A DNA stretch of 64,000 bases, taken from contig JBHGNT010000004.1 of NCBI GenBank assembly GCA_043228905.1, positions 6,324,001-6,388,000 on the forward strand, given 5' to 3'. Below the pieces are notes generated by a model, which saw only the letters and a list, made by a program, of their open reading frames with translations, had not been told where the DNA came from and searched no databases. The translations under genes were made by a program, and so were the position numbers. How positions within the stretch are numbered: position 1 is the first letter of the stretch; the number at the start of each line of letters is the position of its first letter. This DNA is from Azolla caroliniana. Taxonomy: Eukaryota > Plantae > Polypodiophyta. Below, piece after piece: positions 13,401-24,207 of this stretch.

Positions 13401-15808
13401 GAGCAGTCCCGACCGGCAAGGGACCGGTTAGCACTCGAGGATCCGGCCGAAGACGGTGAAGAAACAGAACCGGCCGAAGAAGATGAAAACGATACCGGAA
13501 CCGGCCCCGATCCCGAAATGGATTCGGATGAAGAAGAATCGGAAGAACCGGTTACCGAAGCTCCGGAACGGAGATATCCTCTAAGGGAGAGAAGGGCCCC
13601 CCGGAGATTTCCGGAACCAGAGCACGTGCTGCTAACCGACGAAGGGGAGCCGGAGAGCTTTGAAGAAGCAAAGCATGACACCCAGAGCCGCAGGTGGTTG
13701 AGTGCCATGCAGGACGAGATGGATTCCCTGCATGAGAACCACACATATGAACTTGTGGAGTTGCCGAAAGGAAAGCGGGCACTTCGAAACAAGTGGGTGT
13801 TCAAGCTGAAACCGGGAGATGCCGGAAATCCCCCGAGATACAAAGCCAGGATCGTGGTGAAGGGGTTTCAGCAAAAGAAGGGCGTCGACTTCGACGAGAT
13901 ATTTGCCCCGGTAGTGAAGATGACCTCCATCCGGACGGTGCTGAGCATAGCGGCAAGCATGGACCTCGAGGTAGAACAGATGGACGTGAAGACGGCATTC
14001 CTTCACGGTGACCTCGATGAAGAGATCTACATGCAGCAACCGGAAGGATTCGAGAAGAAAGGGAAGGAGCACCTGGTATGCCTGTTGAAGAAGAGCCTTT
14101 ACGGACTGAAGCAGGCTCCCCGGCAATGGTACCGGAAGTTCGACTCCTTCATGACCGACGAAGGGTACCTCAAAACGCAGTCCGACCACTGCGTGTTTGT
14201 GAAGAAGTTCGAAGGAGGAGACTTTCTAATACTCCTCCTGTACGTGGACGACATGTTGATCGTCGGACGGGACCAGGTCAAGATACGGATGCTGAAGAAG
14301 GCTCTTCACCGAACCTTCTCAATGAAGGACCTGGGTTCGGCGAGGCAAATACTAGGGATGCACATCATCCGGGACCAGAAAAAGAAGCAGTTGTGGCTGT
14401 CACAGGAGAAGTACGTGACGAAGGTGCTTCACCGGTTCAACATGTCGGAAGCAAGACCGGTCGGATCGACCCTCCCGGCAAACTGCAAGCTGTCCAGCAA
14501 GCAAAGTGCCGTATGCCTCAGCCGTCGGGAGCTTAATGTACGCCATGGTGTGTACGAGACCGAACATCGGATATGCAGTCGGAGTGGTGAGCCGGTACAT
14601 GAGCAATCCCGGCAAAGAGCATTGGAACGCGGTCAAGTGGATACTCCGATACCTGAAGGGCACGGCAAACGTGTGCCTCCGATTCGGCTCCGGAAAGCCC
14701 GAACTCGACGGCTTTACCGATTCGGATATGTCGGCTGATGTAGATACCAGCCGGTCCACATCAGGGTATGTGATGACGTATGCAGGGGGAGCTGTTTCAT
14801 GGCAGTCGAGGCTGCAGAAGACGGTTGCGCTGTCAACCACGGAGGCGGAGTACATGGCGGCTGTTGAAGCCGGCAAGGAAATAATATGGATGAAGGACTT
14901 CATTAGAGAGCTCGGTATCCGGCAGGAGGAGTACCGACTCTACTGCGACAGTCAGAGTGCAATCCACCTTGCAAAGAACGCGGCCTATCACTCCCGGACG
15001 AAGCACATCCAGCGAAGATATCACTGGATCCGGGAAAGGATAGAAGACAAGGAGTTCGTGCTGACTAAGATCCACACGGACGAGAACGGGTCGGATATGC
15101 TGACCAAGGTCCTCACACCCGACAAGCTGGAAGCATGCCGGAAGAGGATCGGATTGGAGAGACATCCCATGCCGAAGTGAAGGGGGAGTTTGTTGGGATC
15201 ACGGTCCCTTCGGATGGGATGGTCGGATGTCGGAGATGAATGCCGACAAGCCCGGTTTCGGTTTCGGATCCGGATGACGAAGACCCCGGCTTCGGTGCCG
15301 GATGACGAATGTACCCGGAGAGCGATCCGGATGCAGGGACATATCCGTGAATATGTTCGCTATGGGCCCCTGAGGCCACAGTTGTAAATAGTCCCAAAGT
15401 CATATGTGTATAAATATGACTTAGGGCAAACAGTTTTAGAGTTGCTGCTTATTTTTTCTGTTTTTCCACTCAAGGGGAGTGAAGTGAGAGCAGCCGTGAG
15501 AGAGGGAGAGAGATAGAGTGCGAGAGACGAAGAGGTAGACGCCTCTGTGTATTTCCGCCGCCTGTGGCGAGGACAGCGAGCTCAAGGTCATCGCCTTGCA
15601 GCTCGCCATTGTATACTTCTCTGTATAGTGTTTGGTTTGGAGTCTTGTACTCCCGTGGTTTTTCCCGTCTAGGGTTTTCCACGTTAATCCCTGTGTACTC
15701 GCGTTTTATTTTGTTTCTCCGTGTGGTTCCTATTTTCTGCTCCATTGATCCGCGATTAATCGGTTGTGGCCGGTTGAAGAAGGTGAATCCAAGCGCTGAT
15801 TCCCAACA
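10498..15808 (+). mobile_element. Element D: young Tnt1-like Copia nested in same-family C
   Basis: 618-bp LTRs 10498-11115 and 15191-15808 with about 3 differences seen; perfect TSD TGGCT; PBS 11119-11130; PPT 15180-15188. Confidence 0.97.
11145..15180 (+). pseudogene. gag-pol of D, intact except one 38-bp frameshifting deletion at about 14507
   Basis: ORFs 11136-14738 and 14506-15180; comparison with E at 44726-44768. Confidence 0.93.
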
Positions 15809-18650
15809 TGGCTCGGGCCCGGAAGGTCAACACACTGTACCTGATGAATTCACGGCTATGTCCGGAGGAGCTGAACGTGGCAGCTGACACTGCCGGTGAG
15901 CTGTGGCACAAGAGACTGTGCCACATGAGCGAGAAGGGGATGAAGAGGCTTGCCGAAGACAACCTGATACCGATAAAGCACGTACACTTGGGGAAGTGTA
16001 CCGACTGTCTGGCCGGTAAGCAAAACCGGACCTCCTTCCGCTCAAGACCACCGATGAGACGTAGTGTACCATTGGAGTTGGTACACACTGATGTGTGTCA
16101 TGTAGAAACGAAGTCACATGGCGGAGCCCAGTACTTCGTAACATTCATAGATGACCATAGCCGGAAGCTGTGGACGGCACCGTTGAAGACAAAGGACCAA
16201 GTATTGTCCGTCTTCAAAGAACTCCACGCGAGAGTGGAAAGAGAATCCGGCAAGAAGCTGAAAGCACTACGAGCGGATAACGGAGGAGAATACTGAGGGC
16301 AATTTGAGGAGTATTGCCGTTCGATGGGAATCCGGCTCGAGTTTACTGTGCCGAAGACGCCGGAACTAAACGGGCTGGCCGAGAGGATGAACCGGACCAT
16401 CATGGAGAGGGTCTGGAGTATGCTAGCACATGCGAAATTACCCAAGGGATTTTGGGCTGAGGCAATGTCGACGGCGACATATGTGATAAATAGATCACCC
16501 TCAGTACCCCTGGATGGAGACACGCCACAGAGAGTGTGGACCGGTAAGGAAGTGTCCTACCGGCATCTGAAGGTGTTCGGGTGTCTCGCATACGTGCATG
16601 TGGCAAAGGACTGGAGAGGAAAGTTAGATCCAAAGACCCGGCCATGCATATTCCTCGGTTACGGCGACGACGAGTTCGGCTACCGAGTATGGGACCCGGT
16701 CGACAAGAAGATATTCAGGAGTCGAGATATCATCTTCATGGAGGACAAGACACTCGCCGACTGGGAGTCGGAGAAGAAGATGAAGAGCTCCAAGTCGACC
16801 GGTGAGAATCGACTCTACGAGGAGCAGTCCCGACCGGCAAGGGACCGGTTAGCACTTGAGGATCCGGCCGAAGACGGTGAAGAAACAGAACCGGCCGAGG
16901 AAGATGAAACTGATACCAGAACCGGCCCCGATCCCGAAATGGATTCGGATGAAGAGAAAACGGAGGAGCCGGTTACTGAAGCTCCGGAATGGAGATATCC
17001 TCTCAGAGAGAGAAGGGCCCCCCGAAGATTTCCGGATTCAGAGCACGTGTTGCTGACCGACGAGGGGGAGCCGGAGAGCTTTGAAGAAGCAAAGCATGAC
17101 ACCCAGAGCCGCAAGTGGTTGAGTGCCATGCAGGACGAGATGGATTCCCTGCATGAGAACCACACATATGAACTTGTGGAGTTGCCGAAAGGAAAGCGGG
17201 CACTTCGAAACAAGTGGGTGTTCAAGCTGAAACCGGGAGATGCCGGCAACCCCCCGAGATACAAAGCCAGGATCGTGGTGAAGGGGTTCCAGCAGAAGAA
17301 GGGCGTCGACTTCGACGAGATATTTGCCCCGGTAGTGAAGATGACCTCCATCCGGATGGTGCTGAGCATAGCGGCAAGCATGGACCTCGAGGTAGAACAG
17401 ATGGACGTGAAGACGGCATTCCTTCACGGTGACCTCGAAGAAGAAATCTACATGCAGCAACCGGAAGGATTCGAGAAGAAAGGGAAGGAGCACCTGGTAT
17501 GCCGGTTGAAGAAGAGCCTTTACGGTCTGAAGCAGGCTCCCCGGCAATGGTACCGGAAGTTCGACTCTTTCATGACCGACGAAGGGTACCACAAAACGCA
17601 GTCCGACCACTGCGTGTTTGTGAAGAAGTTCGAAGGAGGAGACTTTCTAATACTCCTCCTGTACGTGGACGACATGTTGATCGTCGGACGGGACCAGGTC
17701 AAGATACGGATGCTAAAGAAAGCGCTTCACCAAACCTTCTCAATGAAGGACCTGGGTCCGGCGAGGCAAATACTAGGGATGCACATCATCCGGGACCGGA
17801 AAAAGAAGCAGTTTGTGGCTGTCACAGGAGAAGTACGTGACAAAGGTGCTTCACCGGTTCAACATGTCGGAAGCAAGACCGGTCGGATCGACCCTCCCGG
17901 CAAACTGCAAGTTATCCGGCAAGCAAAGTCCCAAAACAAAGGTTGAAAAGGAGGATATGATGAAGATACCATATGCCTCTGCCGTCGGGAGCTTGATGTA
18001 CGCAATGGTGTGTACCCGACCGGACATTGGATACGCAGTCGGAGTGGTGAGCCGGTATATGAGTAATCCCGGCAAGGAGCACTGGAACGCGGTCAAATGG
18101 ATACTCCGACACTTAAAGGGCACTTCGAACGTGTGCCTCCGATTCGGCTCCGGTAAGCCCGAACTCGACGGCTTTACCAATTCGGATATGTCGGCTGATG
18201 CAGACACCAGCCGATCCACATCAGGGTATGTGATGACGTATGCAGGGGGAGCTGTTTCGTGGCAGTCGAGGCTGCAGAAGACGGTTGCGTTGTCAACCAC
18301 GGAGGCGGACTACATGGTGGCTGTTGAAGCCGGCAAGGAAATAATATGGATGAAGGACTTCATTAGAGAGCTCGGTATTCGGCAGGAGGAGTACCGACTC
18401 TACTGCGACAGTCAGAGTGCCATCCACCTTGCAAAGAACGCGGCCTATCACTCCCGGACGAAGCACATCCAGCGAAGATATCACTGGATCCGGGAAAGGA
18501 TAGAAGACAAGGAGTTCGTGCTGACGAAGATCCACACGGACGAGAACGGGTCGGATATGCTGACCAAGGTGCTCACACCCGACAAGCTGGAAGCATGCTG
18601 GAAGAGGATCGGATTGGAGAGACATCCCATGCCGAAGTGAAGGGGGAGTT

Positions 18651-19336
18651 TGTTGGGATTACGGTCCCTCCGGATGGGATGGTCGGATGTCCGGGAATCG
18701 GGAATGAAGACCCGAATGAGGAGTACCCGGTATCGGAGCCGGATGATGAAGACCCGGTTCCGGACCCGGATGATGAAGACCCCGGCTACGGAGCTGGATG
18801 ATGAAGACCCCGGCTACGGAGCCTGATGACGAATGTACCCGGAGTGAGATCCGGATGTGGGGACATATTTGTGAATATGTTTGCCAAGGGCCCTTGAGGC
18901 TATATTTGTAAATAGCCCGAAAGTCACATGTGTATAAATATGACTTAGGGCAAACAGTTTAGTGTTGTTACTCATTTTTCTGGTTTTCCACTTAGAGAGA
19001 GAGCTAAGTGAGCAGCCGAGAGAGAGAGAGCTAAGTGAGCAGCCGAGAGAGAGAGAGAGAGAGAGAGAGACGAAGAGGTCGTTGCCTCTGTGTGTTACCG
19101 CCGCCTGTGGCGAAGACAGTGAGCTCAAGGTTGTTGCCTTGTAGCTTCACCATTGTACATCTCTGATTATAGTGATAGTTGGAGTCTGAGAACTCCCGTG
19201 GTTTTTCCCATTTAGGGTTTTCCACGTAAAACATCCTGTGTACTCTTCTCTCTATTGTCTTCGTGCATTTTGTATTTCCTGTTTTCTGTGAGTTGATCCT
19301 ATTTCTCGGTTGTGGCCGAGCACTGTGTGGTTAACA
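18651..19336 (+). repeat. 3' LTR of C (686 bp)
   Basis: Direct repeat of 8603-9241 with extra internal repeat units. Confidence 0.95.
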
Positions 19337-20226
19337 CCAGCGAAGGCCTCCGCAAACTCGTCTATGGTCGGTCCGATCCCTGCATTACGGATGGTCACCT
19401 TGTTGACTAGTTATTGGTCCTGGATGAAGTGCAGCGTGCCGTTCTTCTTCGGCACCGTAAACCACCGATTCAAATACGGGGCACTCAACGGTTCGAGGAT
19501 GCCCATCTCCACCTTTTGCTTTAGGAGCTCCATCAACTTCGGTATGTGAGCTCTTGGCACCAGAATCGGCTTGAGATTCCACGGTACATGCGGTATTGTG
19601 AAGATCACCATTGGTTCGACAACTGTTGGGTCCATGCACCCGATCTCCTCCGGTGAGAATGCGAAAGCCTTCCCGTGCCTTCCGAGCATTCTCCGAAACC
19701 GGTCCTCCTCCGCTGACAGTAGGAAGCTGCCCCCACCGACCTTGAGCTCCCGTAGCGTTATGTCGGTGAACTGGTGCCCTATGCCAGCCGGATTCCGTAA
19801 ACTTGGGTCCGACGTGACCCCTTTTATCCCCTCCTTGCTGCCCTCCGGCAAGGGTGCCGCGACTAGCCTCACCTTTCGGTCCACAGTCTTGTATTTCTTA
19901 TCCACGCGGGCTGTCCAATCCGACCCGATCCTTTCCCCGAAGTCCGCGATGACTTCGTACATTCCCATCGATTCTACCGGAACGGTCCGGTCTTCTCTAA
20001 GGTCTTCATCGATCACCTTTCGTAGTTCGCCCAAGGTGTCGTCAAAAGAGACTGCCTCCACGGCGCCGCTGATGTCTTCATCGGGGAAGAGGACTCCGCA
20101 TCCCTTGAGCCGCTCCTCCGCTCGCTTCCTCTCCCGGCCGTTGACGCCGGTTATAGTACAACCTCCGTTGTCGGAGAACCAAAACTTCCTACCCATGGTA
20201 CAAGTCTTCTTCTGTACTGTACATTT

Positions 20227-20292
20227 GTGGGGTTGTTCCCGGGAGTCCGGACTATCGCGGCCCCACGCCTTGATAGCCCTCTCTAAAAATCC
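20227..20292 (-). promoter_or_regulatory. Predicted -1 ribosomal frameshift signal of B (G_GAU_UUU plus H-type pseudoknot)
   Basis: Heptamer directly before the gag-PR stop; -1 frame open into pol ORF 19411-20196; stems GGGCUAUC/GAUAGUCC and GUGGGG/CCCCAC. Confidence 0.75.
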
Positions 20293-20894
20293 CCTCGAGT
20301 TTCGCTGTCGAGGGCCTCGCGGTTACGCTCGTGGTTTGGTCTCACCGTTAGGAACTGGACCGAGTGGCGCCCGTTCTGGCTCTTGACTCTTGCATAGGCT
20401 GAACCGTTGTCAAGCACCTTGGTCTCCATCCATGCCGCCGTGATATATGGCTCTCCTAGTATAACCGGATGCGAGGACGTCTCCTGCACGAAGAAGTGCT
20501 GGTCGATCTCGACATGGCCGATTTTCACCCGTACATTCGGACAGGCCCCATGTAGTTCTTCCGTGGCGCGCGTTGCTGCCCGTATCTTCCAGCCATGCTT
20601 GATGTTGATCGGCCATTTACCCTTCTTGTAGAAATCCATGGACATCAGGTTGATTTCGGATCCATGGTCTACCAACGCCACCACCGGTTCCATAACGTTG
20701 TCGATCCGTATGTATGCCGTTGTCTTCATGTGCATCACCTCCCATATCGCAGTGTCGATTTCGTCCGGTCTCTTGTCCCCGAACTGAACCGGCAGCCAGA
20801 GGTCTTTAACCACAAGCATGTCCCTCATCTTCGACTTCCATACCGAATAGTTGGAGCCGGTGAGCTTGAACATGCCGCCAAACGATTCATCCAT
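20283..20894 (-). CDS. Chimeric ORF: Copia Gag N-terminus (F) fused in frame to Gypsy protease (B)
   Basis: MDESFGGMFKLTGSNYSVWKSKMRDML...AYIR then IDNVMEPVVALVDHGSEIN. Confidence 0.6.
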   Translation of the reverse strand: MDESFGGMFKLTGSNYSVWKSKMRDMLVVKDLWLPVQFGDKRPDEIDTAIWEVMHMKTTAYIRIDNVMEPVVALVDHGSEINLMSMDFYKKGKWPINIKHGWKIRAATRATEELHGACPNVRVKIGHVEIDQHFFVQETSSHPVILGEPYITAAWMETKVLDNGSAYARVKSQNGRHSVQFLTVRPNHERNREALDSETRGDF

Positions 20895-21900
20895 TTTCTG
20901 TGTCGTTTCGCTCTGATACCACTTGACGGGAACTCAACACTCCTTATGTCCAACGCTCGGCCACAACTGAGATTCTTTTCATACATAGAAAACGGGAAAC
21001 AAATGCACGACACAAAGGAGAGAAAAAAAAAGGTAGACAGGATGTTTACGTGGAAAACCCAAACTGAGGGAAAAACCACGGCAGCCCAAAGGCTGCAAAC
21101 TATCACTATATTGGAATGTACAAATAGTGAGTTCACGGAGGCAACGACCTCGTGCTCACGATCTTCGCCACAGGCGGCGATTACAACAGAGGCAACGACC
21201 TCGTTCTCTCTCTCTCTCAACCTGTACACTGTTACATGCTCTCTCTTCTTGCACCAACAAGAAAATGACAACACCTACAACCCATACTAAAAGTTTGCCC
21301 TAAGTCATATTTATACTAATATGACTTTTCGGCTATTTACAAATATAGCCTCGATGGACTCTCAGAAACATATTTACGAATATGTCTCTTCATCCGGTTC
21401 ATACCGGGTCTGCACCATCCGGCTCTCCGTAGCCGGGTACTCCTCATCCGGTTCATACCGGGTCTGTATCATCCGGCTCTCCGTAGCCGGGTACTCATCC
21501 GGTTCATACCGGGTCTGCACCATCCGGCTCTCCGTAGCCGGGTACTCCTCATCCGGTTCATACCGGGTTTGTATCATCCGGCTCTCCGTAGCCGGATACT
21601 CCTCATCCAATTCATACCGGGTCTGCACCATCCGGCTCTCCGTAGCCAGGTACTCCTCATCCGGTTCAGACCGGGTCTGTATCATCCGGCTCTCCGTAGC
21701 CGGGTACTCCTAATCCGGTTCATACCGGGTCTGCACCATCCGGCTCTCCGTAGCCAGGTACTCCTCATCCGGTTCATACCGGATTTGTATCATCCGGCTC
21801 TCCGTAGCCGGGTACTCCTCTTCCGATTTCGGCCTCGGCCGAGATTGTTCGTCGACACTGTTCTTCTCCCTTCCCATCCAGAGGGACCTGTCTCCCAACA
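20709..21900 (-). mobile_element. Element F: 5' remnant of a Copia (977-bp LTR 20924-21900, PBS, start of gag)
   Basis: Minus-strand TGTTGG...TCA LTR, iMet PBS at 20910-20921, Copia Gag N-terminal motif. Confidence 0.88.
21394..21820. repeat. 54-bp minisatellite, about 8 units, in U3 of the F LTR
   Basis: Unit CCGGTTCATACCGGGTCTG(CAC/TAT)CATCCGGCTCTCCGTAGCCGGGTACTCCTCAT. Confidence 0.95.
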
Positions 21901-22076
21901 AGTCGGTATATGCGTTGTTGGTTCATTCAGCGGGCAAATCCTGTTAGTTGCTGACAGGTCTAGCAGGCCTTACACTTGCGTGCTTCTCACTTCCTCTTGT
22001 CTCTCTTGCTCCTCGGTTCAGGGCCCCCATGGTCCCGCCTTATTTCACACGCGTAAGCGAAACAACACGACATATT

Positions 22077-22094
22077 TGGTGAACCCGACGTGAA
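22077..22094 (+). promoter_or_regulatory. Primer-binding site complementary to tRNA-Trp 3' end
   Basis: TGGTGAACCCGACGTGAA matches the recalled plant tRNA-Trp 3' end ...UUCACGUCGGGUUCACCA. Confidence 0.8.
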
Positions 22095-24141
22095 ATAGGC
22101 GGCAGGGGAGTCGAAGATGAGGGGATTGGAGCTCGCCGAAGCCATGACAGCAACAGTCGATCGGATGGTAAGTGCTCGCGAGGGCACGAGCGCCCTTGAC
22201 AGGGCCATTGAAGCAATTGTTGGCACGATAGGACGGTTTGGTGGGAAGGACGCTACAAGCTTTCTGGTAGCTTACCGAGCCGAGATGGTGATGAGGGACA
22301 TTCCGGAGGATAGGTGTATTGCCGGGTTCCCTCGGGTGGAAATACCGGGCATCCACACAGAGGTGCTCGAGGTCGAGGCGGAATGCCGGACCTAGGAGAA
22401 TTCGAAACACGGCTTCTCGAAAGGTACAGTCAGCACTCCTCTAGGAGTTCGAAGAACACTTCGCACAGCTCTCAACGCTGGACAGGACTGTGCTAGACAT
22501 GACCCATGTCCTGTTGTTCGTCAAAGCAGTGGACATGCGGGATCGGGGTCAAGTGGGTCTCTTGCTAGAGATAGATGAGGGGCTGACGACCGACTGGGCC
22601 ACGATCAAAGGATTCTACAACCGCTTCGACAAGCGGCGTGAGTGGGGCGACGAGGGATCATCGGCGACAAGACCCGTCCCGGCAAGGAAGTTCGATGAAC
22701 CTTCACCGGCACGAAAAGAGGAAGCCCGAGATTGGCTTGAAACGGGCTCAGCATCGACCGGCACGGTCAAGGGTCCATCCGAAGGAGCGGCTCTTGAGGA
22801 GTTGACACAAATGGTGCGCGACCTACAGATCGTGCATGCCCGGAGAAACAGTGGAGGGCTGCCACGCGACCGGAGACCACCGGTTGGACAAAGGTGTATG
22901 TGGTGCAACGCGGTCGGACATAACCGACGAGACTGCGTGGAGTTTGCCGAAGCCCTCAGGGGTAATGTGGTGTACCTATGGAACGGACGGGTGCACGTTG
23001 GTGATACCCGGAGGGCCGTGGAGACAAATTTCGGGCGTGGCTGAATGAAGCAGCTAATGGAAGAAGCGGAGGCGCGCCATGTAGAGGTTGTCCATTACTC
23101 GACATCGGCCGGAATCCGGGTAGGAGGTAACGAAGACGGGAAAACGAAAGACTCTGGCTTCTTGCCCTTGGTGCTAGAAGGCCTCTCCAGCGCACGACTG
23201 AAGGGGGGAGAAGTGGATCGCGCGGAGCAGTGGGCCCGAGAGGTCACTGGATGGGACAATCCGGTTGTGGAGAAGACCGGTCTCGTGGAAGCCGTGTGCC
23301 AGAACTACGAGGTTCTGGTAGAGGACAAGCACGCGGGAAAGGCCAGAGGTGCCGGGCCCTCCCAGCGATACGAGACCCGGTTTTGGCAGAAGTAAAATGA
23401 TGCCGGTAACCTCGGCGCACCGGACAAAACGAAGCGGACCGGTTACCAACTGAGCATGGAGATTGAGAGGTCAATGGATGTGTGGAAGGTCCTCGAGGAG
23501 AGGATCCTCGATAGCAAGGTGGAGTTGTCACTAAGGGAGGTGCTCGGGATCGCCAAGAAGGAGTTCCACGATTCCATCGTGGACTTGGTGAAGCGTAAAC
23601 AGCTCTCGACGGAGCCGGAACCGGAGAAGCCGGTGGAGGTGCGAACCATGTACCTGGAGGACATGGCCCTGGGAGACGAGTTGGTGGAAAGCCACTATCC
23701 GAGGTCGCACTGGGCCAGGGTCACTACGGAAACCCCTATTCGGATTGGGGACGTCCAGGAGCCTGTGGTGGCATTGATAGATCACGGCTCGCAGATCAAC
23801 CTGATGTCCATGGACTTCTATAGAAAGGGGAAGTGGCCGATCAACACCAAGCACGGCTAAAAAATACGCGTGGCGACCCGCGCTACGGAGGAGCTGCACG
23901 GGGCCTGCCCAAATGTACGCGTCGAGATCGATCAACAATTTTTCATGCAGGAGACATCCTCGCACCCGGTGATACTCAGCGAGTCGTACATTACAGTGGT
24001 GCGTATGGAGACAAGGTTGTTGGATAACGGTTCAGCAGACGCGCGCGTAAAGAGCCAAGATGGACGACACTCCGTCCAATTCCTGACCGTACGACCGAAC
24101 CATGAATGGAACCGCGAAACCCTCGGCATCGGTGAACGAGG

Positions 24142-24207
24142 GGAATTTTAGAGAGGGCTATCAAGGCGTGGGGCCGCGATAGTCCGGACAACCCGAAGGA
24201 TCCCCAC
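24142..24207 (+). promoter_or_regulatory. Frameshift signal copy in G (heptamer reads G_GAA_UUU)
   Basis: Same stems as in B: 24155-24162/24178-24185 and 24168-24173/24202-24207. Confidence 0.65.

Larger units (their letters stand above)
9272..18640 (+). pseudogene. gag-pol of C (9272-10497 joined to 15814-18640)
   Basis: CCHC knuckle, VDSGAS, HTDVC, YVDDML; small deletion near 9792, TGA at 16294, +1 insertion near 17812. Confidence 0.92.
8603..19336 (+). mobile_element. Element C: Tnt1-like Ty1/Copia, full length but mutated, interrupted by D
   Basis: LTRs 8603-9241 and 18651-19336; PBS TGGTATCAGAGC 9244-9255; PPT AAGGGGGAG; TSD CCACC/CCAGC. Confidence 0.95.
5494..20708 (-). mobile_element. 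Element B: Ty3/Gypsy, 3' LTR plus PR-RT-RH-INT; gag and 5' LTR deleted; interrupted by C (8603-19336)
   Basis: LTR and PPT; INT GHRG..CESCQ..WMVDL; RT AFAGRSIYSVGDLYSGYDQ..TLPQG..FLDD rejoins across C; protease LVDHGSEIN. Confidence 0.9.

Noticed and set aside
19571-20386. Long antisense ORF, with many similar ones over C, D, E and J
   Set aside because: Shadow frames of GC-rich pol; their recurrence only reflects copy similarity
21394-21820. CRISPR-like array or repeat protein ORFs
   Set aside because: Units are contiguous with no unique spacers, lie inside an LTR, and no cas genes are present; the ORFs arise because 54 is divisible by 3
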